From the IMG/VR virus record IMGVR_UViG_3300030104_006994: DNA of 64,000 nt; one strand, 5' to 3'. How positions within the stretch are numbered: position 1 is the first letter of the stretch; every line of letters begins with the position of its first letter. The translations under genes and the position numbers were made by a program. The DNA comes from an uncultured virus (IMG/VR IMGVR_UViG_3300030104_006994) (taxonomy: Duplodnaviria; Heunggongvirae; Uroviricota; Caudoviricetes). The notes under the pieces were generated by a model. The model did no database searches and was not told the DNA's origin. It was given only the letters and a program-made list of their open reading frames with translations. Below are positions 29,001 through 39,145 of the stretch, one piece after another.

Positions 29001-31845
29001 TGGTATTTTCAGCATAGAAAGTTCCGCCGCTCACATAAATTCCACTTGGAACAATTATGTACGAACCGCCAGAACAAAGATAAGGATTGCTTTGGGTAAA
29101 CTTAAAGCAATTATCTGATCGAAAACAACTAGTAGCGCAAACAATAGGAGATCTAACACAAATCGAACCACAAAATTTACCAGTAAGAAATTCAGTGTTA
29201 TTAAGGTCTCCGTCATGTCTTTTAAGAGCCAAAGTAGGAGCAGAGTAAGAACCGCCGGTCTGAAGATATGGGCCGCAATTAGATGGATAACACCACCTAA
29301 CAATACTTCCGGAAGTCTCAAGAACAGGAGATTGTACGCAATTTGAGTTTATTAGCTCGCATGTTTGCTTAAAGCATGAACCATTAAACGCAAAGCATCT
29401 TGTACTATACGTAGCCCCTACCATGCTACAATTCGAATCTGTACTAATAACAAAATGCCCACCCGGACCACATATGATAGGAGTGTTTACTCCTGTTAAC
29501 TTGATTATAGGAGTGTTCACGCAAACATCAGCATGAGCTTTGTTGACGAATAGACAATTTGAATACACGCAAGTAGCGCCACAAACAATATTCCCTTTGA
29601 TAAGTGAACAACTACAAACAAGACCAAAATAATGATTAGAAAAGGAAGTTGAAGTACCACATCTCCAATACCAAGTTGCAGGTGTCGTAGATGCTCCACT
29701 TCCTGCACAACGATAATTTATATGAATACCGGCACTACCAGCACCTATCATCATTTCACTACCATGACCTACTAATTCTAATGTATCATAACTTGCATTC
29801 TTTTTAATGTGAGAGCGAGCTGGAGTACTTCCTGTAGCGACACAGCTAGTACCATAAAGCACTGAACCGCTTACGCAACTAGTACCACAAAGTTTTTGTA
29901 TCTTTAAAGTGTTTTCAATATTTGAAGACTTATTATGAGCTGAAGGATGACCATTTAATAATTCACCAAAACTAGGCTCCATACCATTCATCTCATAGAA
30001 ACCCGGACCCCACCATTGCACAACTTCGTCGCCGCCGTCAGAATAATAAAGATAAACTCTATGTCCATAGGTCAAACAAGTACTAGAGCCCATTCTATAC
30101 GTGGCGTTTGTATTTGTTTTTGTGCCGTCGCATAATCTATATATTCCACCATTATAACTTGCACTTGTGTCATCACAACCGACTATATATCCAATAGACA
30201 CATACCATTGTCCCTCTTCGAAGCTACTTATACCTGAACTAAAGAAATAAGGATTAGTATTAGCACTTCCGTCAATATTTCTTATATTATTTGTCCCAGT
30301 ACCTGTCCCATGATAAAATGTGCCGCTATTGTTGCCAGCAACTAATTTTTTAAAATATACAACAGACAGGTAAGCTCTTTTTGGATCAAGATTACATATA
30401 TTCTTACCCCAGCCTCCATCACCGTTGCTACCTGAATCATTTTGGTAGCTATGCCATATTAAAGATCTACGGCCCCAAGGATCAATACCAAAGCAAGTCC
30501 TATTGCAGTCTCCATTAGCAATGTAGCACAATCCGTCGGGCGAACATTGGCTATGGTTAGTAGTAGGACAAACTCTCCAACAACTAGAAGGAGCATAGTT
30601 CCATCTTACGTGCTTTGCTATTTCTCCTCTTGGGCTTGCGTTGTCTCCGGTCGATCCACTCAAACAAAGTTTTGCACCTTGTGATGTACCGCAACTAACT
30701 ATACTAGTATTAGCGCAAAGAACACCACACGCCTGAACAGTTCCTCCATTATGTATTATAAGTCTACCACTGTTGTTAGTGCCAAAGCATATAGCGCTAT
30801 TAGATCTATTCCATATGCATATATGAGATGCGGCTGAATCATTTTCAATAAATAACACTTTGTTGTTATCATGCCTTATCCATGCATAGTCAGAACCAGA
30901 AAAATCTCCATCAGAGCCGTCTAAGAGTAAAGTTGCGTGGTTATCAGTTGAGCCTATATATACAGCCTTTGCGCCAGACCCAGCAACCTTAAAGTCCTGA
31001 CAACTAGTAGTAGTACCACTTCCTATTACAATTCTAGCCGTACCACCACCGGCGCACGAAAGAACTAGATTTTCATCGTAGGACTTTACATGACCACCAT
31101 CTACAGCAATAGGCTTATGAATATAAAAGCAGTCTCTATCAGTGTTTATATGTGCCCAAGTAGAATTACCGGGACCTAAACTTATGAAGCCATGCTGAGT
31201 AGTATGCTTCATCATATCTCCATCAGAAGCTATTTTACTAGTAGCACAAGCACCATAGTTTGTGCATGAAGTAGCACAAAGAATAGGAGTCTTCAAACAA
31301 GTAGTGGCTTCTAAAGGATGGCAAGTATACATACATGAATTGCTAGACTGGGTTCCGATTATTTTTATAGCCCACTGCCCACCGCAATTCAATAAACCAA
31401 AGTTAGACGAACCATCAAAATAGACATACCCTCTAAGTGTACCACCGCATGACATAAATTTCATGCCGCCCGGCTGGTTATTATCACAACCGGTATATAA
31501 GCAAAGATAATTTTGACCCGTGGTTTGTCTTAATGAATGAGTTTTAGTGCAGGTAGTAGCAACAAGAGTAGGGCTTTGAAGGTAATTGCAAGCAAAAACA
31601 GCTGTTCCTAAAATTCTAAGAGCAGTATTATTGCCACCATTAGCATAAGTTGCTATTTTAAAATCTTGGCCAGCAGTTCTTTGAAGTGTTATATCAACCG
31701 AGCCATGACTAGTGCCAAGATAAAAAGCGGGTGTACCGTTACTTTGAACAAATCTACCACTACCGCAGACCATTAATTGTTCTGGAGCTGCTGTTGTCCC
31801 TGCTACCGTTAACTTTGTCGCACAAGTTGCTAATAGATTTGCCAT
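26014..31845 (-). CDS. Cysteine-rich fibre protein
   Basis: 1943 aa with about 126 Cys by hand count. Has an 11-aa C[AG]T[ST]C[VL]x[ST]P[IV][VL] repeat, YadA-head-like NxAxG repeats near the C-terminus, and a C-terminal SFRIKHP...LYHSFVESP domain shared with 39146..46018. Confidence 0.8.
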   Translation of the reverse strand: MANLLATCATKLTVAGTTAAPEQLMVCGSGRFVQSNGTPAFYLGTSHGSVDITLQRTAGQDFKIATYANGGNNTALRILGTAVFACNYLQSPTLVATTCTKTHSLRQTTGQNYLCLYTGCDNNQPGGMKFMSCGGTLRGYVYFDGSSNFGLLNCGGQWAIKIIGTQSSNSCMYTCHPLEATTCLKTPILCATSCTNYGACATSKIASDGDMMKHTTQHGFISLGPGNSTWAHINTDRDCFYIHKPIAVDGGHVKSYDENLVLSCAGGGTARIVIGSGTTTSCQDFKVAGSGAKAVYIGSTDNHATLLLDGSDGDFSGSDYAWIRHDNNKVLFIENDSAASHICIWNRSNSAICFGTNNSGRLIIHNGGTVQACGVLCANTSIVSCGTSQGAKLCLSGSTGDNASPRGEIAKHVRWNYAPSSCWRVCPTTNHSQCSPDGLCYIANGDCNRTCFGIDPWGRRSLIWHSYQNDSGSNGDGGWGKNICNLDPKRAYLSVVYFKKLVAGNNSGTFYHGTGTGTNNIRNIDGSANTNPYFFSSGISSFEEGQWYVSIGYIVGCDDTSASYNGGIYRLCDGTKTNTNATYRMGSSTCLTYGHRVYLYYSDGGDEVVQWWGPGFYEMNGMEPSFGELLNGHPSAHNKSSNIENTLKIQKLCGTSCVSGSVLYGTSCVATGSTPARSHIKKNASYDTLELVGHGSEMMIGAGSAGIHINYRCAGSGASTTPATWYWRCGTSTSFSNHYFGLVCSCSLIKGNIVCGATCVYSNCLFVNKAHADVCVNTPIIKLTGVNTPIICGPGGHFVISTDSNCSMVGATYSTRCFAFNGSCFKQTCELINSNCVQSPVLETSGSIVRWCYPSNCGPYLQTGGSYSAPTLALKRHDGDLNNTEFLTGKFCGSICVRSPIVCATSCFRSDNCFKFTQSNPYLCSGGSYIIVPSGIYVSGGTFYAENTTMHRNGICDDTASTLDIWGGTGSNITLRGNTFACVCLCVNCTLCMAPDSSGDMNNGITLGKVGGLPQAVWGESGSKTGRIEIGLPTLDGEGGATHHGMVHVAVDVYEYNSNDVTTIIVGGHNWNCRWYNCGAHITGGCTDKPIKLAYHSCGGTSNGRYVILLGECDSTWNYGSVHVRSITNGLFYCSNMNMGTPWYVKRVTCADSYYNHTSGDLRSTSFSMAAYQCAMVCVHTPRVCATTCLKSASVCATTMMCSAACILAAGCIHGDSVIATGYLQSTSAVLSGVASVHTVLNSGNAGASCCGLAVGQVFSNEGGWHNQINSYGKDHNILRIKKAAGDATDNAQCLSFWVHNGHAATIQSTGNLLLKAGSAMSMCLKSGLACTPILCAPTCVATALVRSTIVFPTSCLMFDENGVRSWKVCASSGNLNFHSGDGSGVFYFHSQLYSNYLHSTTYVWGSSCLCSPIVCATGSMKAPVVCGTTCVSSPAVCGTSYVNSGKFCSGDSYFCDGCLNVNHGGNVSPSSGAAGQVVVTGSGYSTFLAMDGTAAYFGHNSSSRSLVLMTNETARLTIDGSGAATFAGTVTASGGFYGDGSNLSGISAGIDGCSFQGAVGNPSGCSYERTTNVRLGTCAMPTGKGVNSTAIGNNALQYQNCSWYYGSQSANTAVGADSQQCSMGFQNTSVGWMAMRGAANNCKCYNVGIGACTGYLGILGNYSVAIGTGTDRYMSDCSVAVGAQADAGNEAVMVGFSSGANDGTFKGDVAMGYRSLYSSGCGCCRIAIGHCAGYAQGQWNHKECYNIAIGACALACGSHTSGSFNYNIVIGNPHNSCAAGQCLNASTSGCMILGDGNISNACICAACTHVSTLNKSSGSFRIKHPNPSCSNNRTLYHSFVESPNEGDNIYRWQVETSNCVSVVTLPNYYRYLNKNDMVWVSPYRHFGSAYGEVTADQCCLIICSNSDGCFNVLLVGTRKDSAVSQSWKGVERDEEWTEPCYG

Positions 31846-34800
31846 TTATTTAATTTTTTCCTTTATTTCTTTTAGTTCTTTGTACATCTGTTTAAATCCA
31901 TCAAAAAGAACTGTTACTGCTCTAGTATAATTTACACTTGTAGGATTCCCATCTTTATCATTTTCTACTAATTCTGGGAAGATTTCTGCTAATTCTTCAG
32001 CAATTAAACCAATTTCTTTTTTATCTTTACTTGTTTTTCTATTATACTTAACTGGACGTACTTTAGATATTTTTTCTAATGGAGAAGTGAAATCAAATAT
32101 ATTTTCTTTTATTGCTATACTTGATGACTCTGTAATACTTCCAACTCTCAAAGCGGCGTAAGAAGCTATAGTCACGTTGCCTGCTGTAGATCCTGTTTCA
32201 TTAGTAAACATGAAAGCAAATTCATCTGCGCTTTCGTCGTATATTAAACCGGCATTTGAATAGTCTCCTCTTTCTATTATTAAGCCTGCATCTAGAGTAG
32301 GAGTACCTGATTGAGCTTTAGCTAAAACTATTAAAGGATCTTCAACTAATAAATTAGTAGTATTAACAGTAGTAGCGTCTCCGTTTACAGTTAAGTCCCC
32401 GGTGATTATTACATCATTTGAAAAAGTTGCGTCTCCAGTACTTGCGGCTATTGTTAGTCGATTAGTACCTGCTGTTTCGTCTCTAATTATAAATCCTGTG
32501 CCATAGTCAGAAGTTAGATCATAAACTAAATTGCTACCCTCAGAGTCTTCAAGGCGAAGCGATGCGGGTCCTCCGTATTTAATATGAATTGGTTTTGCAG
32601 CGACATTGCTTGTAGCTGAGTTGCCGAACATTGCGGTCGTACCCCTAATTTGGCCATTTACTTCTAGTTTACTAGCTGGAGCAGTTGCTCCTATACCAAC
32701 ATTACCATCATTTTTAATGATAAACGGAGAGGCACTATGGACATACATATAGGTGTTAGACGGGCAAGCAGTATCATTGTAGTCTTGATTTACTACAAAG
32801 GGGTGATAATGTACTCCTACTTTCCCTCCATCCATCACCCAAAGATTAGTATTACCAGAAGAGTCAGTTGTTTTAAAAGTAAGTCCAGTAGAAGCACCAG
32901 CTCCTTTTATTTCTAATCTTGAGTCTGGATCAGTTACACCTATACCAACATTACCTCCAGATTTCAAAAATAGATTTGTTACCAATGCAGACGAACCGTC
33001 GTAAGTTTGTAATGATAAACTGTAGTTAGTAACTAGACCCTCTGTGATTCTTGCGTCACCATTTCCCCAATCTAAGCTACCTGAACTTGGTAAATCAAAT
33101 TCTGAACCATATACAGGGCCATTAACATAAAGTTGTGCGTTGTTGTTATTGGTTGTGGCAGTATCATTAATGAGTAATTTACCTGCACTATTAAGACGCA
33201 TCTTTTCGCTACCGCCAATTTCCCATGTCACGCGATTACTGCTATAAGTCAGCATACCGGTGTTCCCATCCAAATTGCCAATCATATAGGCATCAGTCAC
33301 CCCTATTTTGCCTTGGAAGACGGAAAGCATTTGTGACGGAGAGCTTGTCCCTATACCAACCTTACCATCTTCATCTATAACCATTCGGTCAGCACCAGTT
33401 CCATTTTTAGTTGTAGAGAAGATTAAATCAGCATCACCGTCTCCAGCAAATTGCGTACGAATAGTACCCTCAGCAGCTGCAGAATTGCTGTTTATTTTCA
33501 TTTGTATTGCAGCAAACCTGCCAGTATTAACCGAACCAGAATCACTATTCCTTAAAACAAGAATAGAATCAGCTTGATCGTTTAAGTTAAATGACGTGTC
33601 TGCACTAGGTTTTGCGATCTCTAAACCTTCGGTAGAAGGAGATTCTGTTCCTATTCCAACAACCCCAGAGCCCAATATAGTCATGTTAGCTGCGCCACCA
33701 TCTCTGAACTTTATAGGAAGCCCGGAGTCGACATTAAAGTTAAACGCGCCACCTCCCATATTAATATAACCTCTTTGGGTGTTTGCTGAACGTTCAATAG
33801 TTATACCAGAGGTAGAATTGCTATCTGCATCAGATTTGACGTGAAGCGCAGATCCCGGACTTGTAATCCCTATACCAACACTGCCTCCTTCTTTTATGAA
33901 AACTGGAACAGATGAAGTGCTTGCGTCATAAAAACTGAAGCCATCCGCATTTCCGTTATAGTGGCCTACATACCATTTAGGGCTTCCAGCATTTTCATAT
34001 ACAATCCCTGCGCTATAGCTATTTCCAGATGTAATAGAAATCCAGTTATTAGTATTGCCTGCGTCAAATCTTGCTAGAGTAGTTGAGGTTGCACTAACAT
34101 GAAGTTTGTAGCTGGGACTTGTTGTTCCTATTCCAACGTTACCGGAGGACTTAATACGCATATGTTCAGTATGATCATTTGTTTGAAAACTAATATAATC
34201 ATCATTCTTACATCGAATCGTCCAATATCCCCCACTATCTAAAAACCCTACGCTGTCACCGTTCGCATATATATAACCATCTGTATTACCAGCACTATCT
34301 TCAAACTGTATTCCTGTATCAGCACCTGAGCCTTTTATCTTAAGTGATGAATTATAACCTCCACCTGCGATTTCTAACTTTGAATCTGGTGTAGTTGTTC
34401 CTATGCCAACACAACCACTAGCGTTTATAGTCAAGTTGCTAGTTGACAAGCTGTCGCTTCGACCGACAGAAGCCATTGAATCTTCGGCAATCAGGTAGGT
34501 GCTTGTGTCGTTATCAGCTACTACTAATTTAGCTCTGCTTGAAGTTCCCTTAACCTGCATCCCAATAGCAGCGCCTCCAGCATATTGAACTTGCAGAGGA
34601 TAGCTGGGGCTTGTCGTCCCTATGCCAACGTGACCTGAGCCTTCTAATGTCATTCCAACAAGAAGTCCCAACGACCCCGAATCGGGCTGATACAGAAATT
34701 GTAAACCTCCTCCATAATTATCACTCGGCCCAGTCTTCCAACCACGAACAGCCCCAACTGGTGCAGTGTAATCTTGATTTCCAGAATGATACCCTTGATT

Positions 34801-37800
34801 AAACATAATCTGTGCGCCAGCGGTACTTGGAGCATGACCAGACTTGTAATCTAATTTTAAAGTTGAAAATCCATTAACAGTTGAAGAAGCTGTAGAACTC
34901 AGAAGATGAACAAGTGATGCAGCCGATTCCGATGAATCCGTAATTGTTCCAATTTGTAAAGCAGCAGTTGGAGCAGTTGTTCCTATACCAACACTACCAC
35001 TAGACAAAATCCGCATAGCGTCTACGAAAGTATCTCCAGAGTTGACAGTGAACTGCATAGACCCAGTAGCTGCCCCACCGGGAGCGGTAGCCAAGACTCT
35101 AATTCTTGCTGCTGTATTACTTGCTGAGCCGCCAGAGCTACTACCACCTATAAAGTTGATATCATGGTTACCGCTAGACCAAGTGTTTTTTATGTTTATA
35201 TTAGAGCCATTATCTTCAAATATTGCGTCCCCATTAACATGCAGCTTAGCCCCCGGACTTGTGGTGCCTATGCCAACATTACCGTCAGTCTTAACCGCTA
35301 TTCTTGTTCCCCCAGCGTCCTGATCTCTTAGGTTAAGGAGTCCGTTTGAATCGACATATAGCCTATACTCTCTAGCATCAGTTCTATGCAGCCATAAACC
35401 TACGTCACCCCCTGAAGTTTCTAAATTGAGGTTACCTGCAACTTCCAATTTAGCAGCTGGAGTTGCTGTTCCTATCCCCACGCTACCACTATCAAGAGCA
35501 ATAATAGAAGAGTTCTGTAAAGTCCCAGTCCCATTAAAACGCGGAATATAGTTATCAGTACCAGAACCACTTATTGAATTCCCTACTCCAGAAACAGTTG
35601 TCCATGTCAGAGTGCCACTGCCATCAGTTTTTAAAACTTGGTTTGCGCTACCGTCTGCGGTCGGGAAAGTAAATGCTCCTATAGTAACTGCTCCATCAAT
35701 ATGCAGCTTAGCGGATGGAGACGTTGTTCCTATCCCTACATTACCATTAGAATTAACTACTATCGCATTATAAGCAGCATCGTGACCGTAGAAAGCGTAA
35801 TCATGCGCATGAACATAACCTAGTTGTGCCCCAGCTGATGTAGCACTTCCAATATGAACTGTAGGACTAGCGCTAGGCCTAATAATATACGCAACTACAG
35901 AATCGCTACTCCTGAGATCTAACTTTGCGGCAGGAGAAGTTGTTCCTATACCGACATTACCATTAGTGTTAAACGCCATTCTTGTCGCAGAATCTGTAGC
36001 GTCGTAAAACTCTAAAGTTCCATTGACAGTTTGTCCGTCTACTATCTTCCAGTGTTGAGTAGTGGAACCAGTTTTCTTGATCTCGTAACCTACAGTAGAG
36101 TTTGCAGCTACTTGAGTTAATACGGTTGTAGTACCGGCAGTTTTACTAACATGAAGGTGAGCGGCGGGAGAAACTGTACCTATACCAACATTACCGTTAT
36201 AAGTAATTCTCATTCCCTCGGTAATGCCTCCGCTTCCTGACCCGTATCCAAGCGCTAGGTCTGCTGCTCCCGATGTTGCGGTAGTACGAATCGCTGTTAT
36301 CGCAGCTCTCCCAGCCCCAGAATCTCCAGCCATTAAAAGTAGCTGCGCTCCCGGAGTACCATAAGTTGATGTCGCCGCATTATTTCTAATAGTCAATCCG
36401 GAATGCGCTGGCTCCCCAGATGGCGCACTCATATTTGCACTATAAGTATAAAATACCTCAAGCTTTGTGCCCGGAGTTGCTGTGCCTATACCAATGTTAG
36501 CAGTGCCAATCATACCCATGGTAACCATACCATCGTTATAAGTACGCAGTAATTCGTCTCCGCCTTGTCGGAACACCCTCAAGGCTGATGTGGCATTATT
36601 AGCCCCTGCTCCTAAAATGTTTACCAAAGCCGTGGTGTCACCGGTGCCAAATCCACTAGCGCCACTTGGTACATATACGCCACCCACCACATGGAGAGCT
36701 CGAGTTGGGCTTGTTGTTCCTATACCAACACTACCTCCATTTACTACAGTAAGATAATCACCACGACCAGTAACATTTGAACCGGGATCAGTAAATTTAC
36801 TTATAGCAATTCCTGCGTCGGTAACTATAACGCCAAAATTATTATTAGCCGTACTAGACCAATCTCCTGCGCCACGAGACAATTTAATACCAGAATAGTA
36901 TCCTGCTGTAGCTTGTACTCCTATCCAAGTATTATTGTCAGTACCATCTCCAACATGTAATTGATTGACAGGAGCAGTTGTTCCTATGCCAACTCGGTTG
37001 TTTATTCCATCTAGGTTTAGTACTGTTGTACCACCTGTCGGAGCAGTCGCTCTTGTTCCTAAATAATTAAAACGGAACATTGCGTTACCGTTATGCCCGA
37101 TCGACCATGTTCTGTCATTAGTTGCTGCACCACCGAAAAACTTTATCCAAGAATCCTTCGTGTTCGAGGCGTGTAAATCGCTTCCTAATAGAAGTAATGA
37201 TTGATTTACATTGGAGTAAGTGTCATGTATCCGTATTGCTGCTTGAGTACCCCTAACCTCCAGCATTTGGGTGGGCGCAGTAGTCCCGATGCCAACTTTG
37301 CCATCGACTTTAATACGAACATGTTCTGTGTAAGTATTATCTTCCACTGACCCAAAGGTTAGATGACCTGCACCAGTTACGCCATCGTTCGTAGCTTGTA
37401 TACCGGCACCATCCCAATTGGAGCCGGTGTTATTGTTCATTCTAAAAGCTATACCAGCTCTTGAATCAGCAGCGTGGGTTGTGTTTCTAACATTTAAAAT
37501 AAAATTATCTGAGCCAGCTGCTACTGTATTTTCAACTTGGAGTTTAAATTCTGGACTTGTTGTTCCTATCCCAACATTACCACTACCATCTATTCTTACT
37601 GCCTCCGAATCTGAAGTCTTGAATTTTATATAAGAAGCATTGTCTCCAATGAAAATTGGCTTGTTTACATTTTGTCCTGCTCCAGTTGCGAAATAATAAC
37701 CGCTTGTATCCTGCCCTGCTAATATTTCACCATCCCCGCCGAATAAATAACCAGCAGATATATTAATTTTTACTCCATTACTAACAGTCTCAAACGTTTT

Positions 37801-39144
37801 AGTGCCATTATAAAACAAATTAACAGCACCATCGTTTACGCATTGGAGCATGGTTTCCCCAGAATGCTTTATATAAAAGTTTTGAGCTGTATCTAATATT
37901 AAATCTCCATTGGCAATTACGCTATTTATATAGTTATTAGAACCGTCATGGTAAATTTGAAGATCATCACCTGTTCCCAAAAGAATTTTTATATTATCAG
38001 GAATTTTAAAATCACCAGTGTCATACCATTCGGCACATTTAGTAGTTTCGTTGTAAACTTCTAATCCACCATATTGATTGACTCCTAATTGAAAATATTC
38101 ACCACCTGAGTTTTCAAATATTTTTAAAGCGTAACCACTGGAGTTTGTATTTAGTGTTGTTAATTCAGAGACTGTTATGTTGCCATTAAACTGTACTGCT
38201 CCGGCATCGCCGGTCAGAATATTCATCGCGCTCGTTGCAGTAGTAGCAACATTACTACCAATACGAAGTTCTGCTGTTCCACCGTTATAAGTCTGCTGAA
38301 TTGCTGTGCTAGCGGAAACGCTACTTGTATTGTTAAAAGTTACGCTGCCGTGAATTGGTCCGACAGTTACGCCTGTCGAATTTGTCCTCATCCTTTCCGA
38401 AAAAGACGATCCAACCGCAAACACCAAACCATCCGAACCATTATTGACATTTATGGAGCCACGGACTTGAGAAGAATCTTTTAACTGAACATAAGCGCCT
38501 CCCGATTTACTAAGTATAAGGTTGCCGCCGCTATCAATTCGTAACCTCTCTGTTGGAGTATCCGAATTAACTCCATGACCAATAATAAAATTACCAGAGC
38601 CATCATTGAAAATTCTACTGTCTGCACCACCAGAAGGAACAGAAAATACTAAATTAGGCGCAGCTGAAGTTATTCTTAATAAGCTGTTTTCAACTGTTAT
38701 ACCCCCGGTGAAAAAACTTGCTCCTGCTTTAAAGCCCGCATAACTTGCAGGAGTCAAAGTCGTAGCCGAACCATCTCCGGTAGTTAATATAGCTGCAAAT
38801 TGGTCAGCAGACTCGTCCCATATAAAAGCCGCATTATTTGAATCTCCCCTTAGCCCAACAAACCCTATATCGACCGTAGGAGAACCACTTGTCTGTCCTT
38901 TCGCTAACTGAAGAATAGGATCTTCTATAAGAATATTAGAAGTATTAACAGTTGTAGTTGTGCCGCCAACCGTAAGGTTACCGTCTAGAACTATGTCATT
39001 AGCATAGATGTCAACAAAATTAGACTCTCCAGAATCTTTGAATTCAAATCTGCCACTGCTAGTTTTTAAGACAGTCGTAGTGTCGCCAGAATCAGTAAAA
39101 GCGATTTTGGTTGAAGCCGGTGTTATGAGTACGTCTTGTGCCAT
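31846..39144 (-). CDS. Long fibre protein with GNVGIGT repeats and C-terminal peptidase S74-type intramolecular chaperone
   Basis: 2432 aa with about 19 xxVGIGxxxP repeats. The C-terminus SSIAIKENI...RPVKY...IGLIAEEL...PELV...VNY plus a coiled coil is an S74 chaperone pattern. Confidence 0.85.
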   Translation of the reverse strand: MAQDVLITPASTKIAFTDSGDTTTVLKTSSGRFEFKDSGESNFVDIYANDIVLDGNLTVGGTTTTVNTSNILIEDPILQLAKGQTSGSPTVDIGFVGLRGDSNNAAFIWDESADQFAAILTTGDGSATTLTPASYAGFKAGASFFTGGITVENSLLRITSAAPNLVFSVPSGGADSRIFNDGSGNFIIGHGVNSDTPTERLRIDSGGNLILSKSGGAYVQLKDSSQVRGSINVNNGSDGLVFAVGSSFSERMRTNSTGVTVGPIHGSVTFNNTSSVSASTAIQQTYNGGTAELRIGSNVATTATSAMNILTGDAGAVQFNGNITVSELTTLNTNSSGYALKIFENSGGEYFQLGVNQYGGLEVYNETTKCAEWYDTGDFKIPDNIKILLGTGDDLQIYHDGSNNYINSVIANGDLILDTAQNFYIKHSGETMLQCVNDGAVNLFYNGTKTFETVSNGVKINISAGYLFGGDGEILAGQDTSGYYFATGAGQNVNKPIFIGDNASYIKFKTSDSEAVRIDGSGNVGIGTTSPEFKLQVENTVAAGSDNFILNVRNTTHAADSRAGIAFRMNNNTGSNWDGAGIQATNDGVTGAGHLTFGSVEDNTYTEHVRIKVDGKVGIGTTAPTQMLEVRGTQAAIRIHDTYSNVNQSLLLLGSDLHASNTKDSWIKFFGGAATNDRTWSIGHNGNAMFRFNYLGTRATAPTGGTTVLNLDGINNRVGIGTTAPVNQLHVGDGTDNNTWIGVQATAGYYSGIKLSRGAGDWSSTANNNFGVIVTDAGIAISKFTDPGSNVTGRGDYLTVVNGGSVGIGTTSPTRALHVVGGVYVPSGASGFGTGDTTALVNILGAGANNATSALRVFRQGGDELLRTYNDGMVTMGMIGTANIGIGTATPGTKLEVFYTYSANMSAPSGEPAHSGLTIRNNAATSTYGTPGAQLLLMAGDSGAGRAAITAIRTTATSGAADLALGYGSGSGGITEGMRITYNGNVGIGTVSPAAHLHVSKTAGTTTVLTQVAANSTVGYEIKKTGSTTQHWKIVDGQTVNGTLEFYDATDSATRMAFNTNGNVGIGTTSPAAKLDLRSSDSVVAYIIRPSASPTVHIGSATSAGAQLGYVHAHDYAFYGHDAAYNAIVVNSNGNVGIGTTSPSAKLHIDGAVTIGAFTFPTADGSANQVLKTDGSGTLTWTTVSGVGNSISGSGTDNYIPRFNGTGTLQNSSIIALDSGSVGIGTATPAAKLEVAGNLNLETSGGDVGLWLHRTDAREYRLYVDSNGLLNLRDQDAGGTRIAVKTDGNVGIGTTSPGAKLHVNGDAIFEDNGSNINIKNTWSSGNHDINFIGGSSSGGSASNTAARIRVLATAPGGAATGSMQFTVNSGDTFVDAMRILSSGSVGIGTTAPTAALQIGTITDSSESAASLVHLLSSTASSTVNGFSTLKLDYKSGHAPSTAGAQIMFNQGYHSGNQDYTAPVGAVRGWKTGPSDNYGGGLQFLYQPDSGSLGLLVGMTLEGSGHVGIGTTSPSYPLQVQYAGGAAIGMQVKGTSSRAKLVVADNDTSTYLIAEDSMASVGRSDSLSTSNLTINASGCVGIGTTTPDSKLEIAGGGYNSSLKIKGSGADTGIQFEDSAGNTDGYIYANGDSVGFLDSGGYWTIRCKNDDYISFQTNDHTEHMRIKSSGNVGIGTTSPSYKLHVSATSTTLARFDAGNTNNWISITSGNSYSAGIVYENAGSPKWYVGHYNGNADGFSFYDASTSSVPVFIKEGGSVGIGITSPGSALHVKSDADSNSTSGITIERSANTQRGYINMGGGAFNFNVDSGLPIKFRDGGAANMTILGSGVVGIGTESPSTEGLEIAKPSADTSFNLNDQADSILVLRNSDSGSVNTGRFAAIQMKINSNSAAAEGTIRTQFAGDGDADLIFSTTKNGTGADRMVIDEDGKVGIGTSSPSQMLSVFQGKIGVTDAYMIGNLDGNTGMLTYSSNRVTWEIGGSEKMRLNSAGKLLINDTATTNNNNAQLYVNGPVYGSEFDLPSSGSLDWGNGDARITEGLVTNYSLSLQTYDGSSALVTNLFLKSGGNVGIGVTDPDSRLEIKGAGASTGLTFKTTDSSGNTNLWVMDGGKVGVHYHPFVVNQDYNDTACPSNTYMYVHSASPFIIKNDGNVGIGATAPASKLEVNGQIRGTTAMFGNSATSNVAAKPIHIKYGGPASLRLEDSEGSNLVYDLTSDYGTGFIIRDETAGTNRLTIAASTGDATFSNDVIITGDLTVNGDATTVNTTNLLVEDPLIVLAKAQSGTPTLDAGLIIERGDYSNAGLIYDESADEFAFMFTNETGSTAGNVTIASYAALRVGSITESSSIAIKENIFDFTSPLEKISKVRPVKYNRKTSKDKKEIGLIAEELAEIFPELVENDKDGNPTSVNYTRAVTVLFDGFKQMYKELKEIKEKIK

Positions 39145-39145
39145 T

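Noticed and set aside
26014..31845. Stop-codon reassignment or another alternative genetic code as the cause of the Cys excess
   Set aside because: Cys is encoded by ordinary TGT/TGC and neighbouring genes are Cys-poor. TAA, TAG and TGA all end tightly packed genes.
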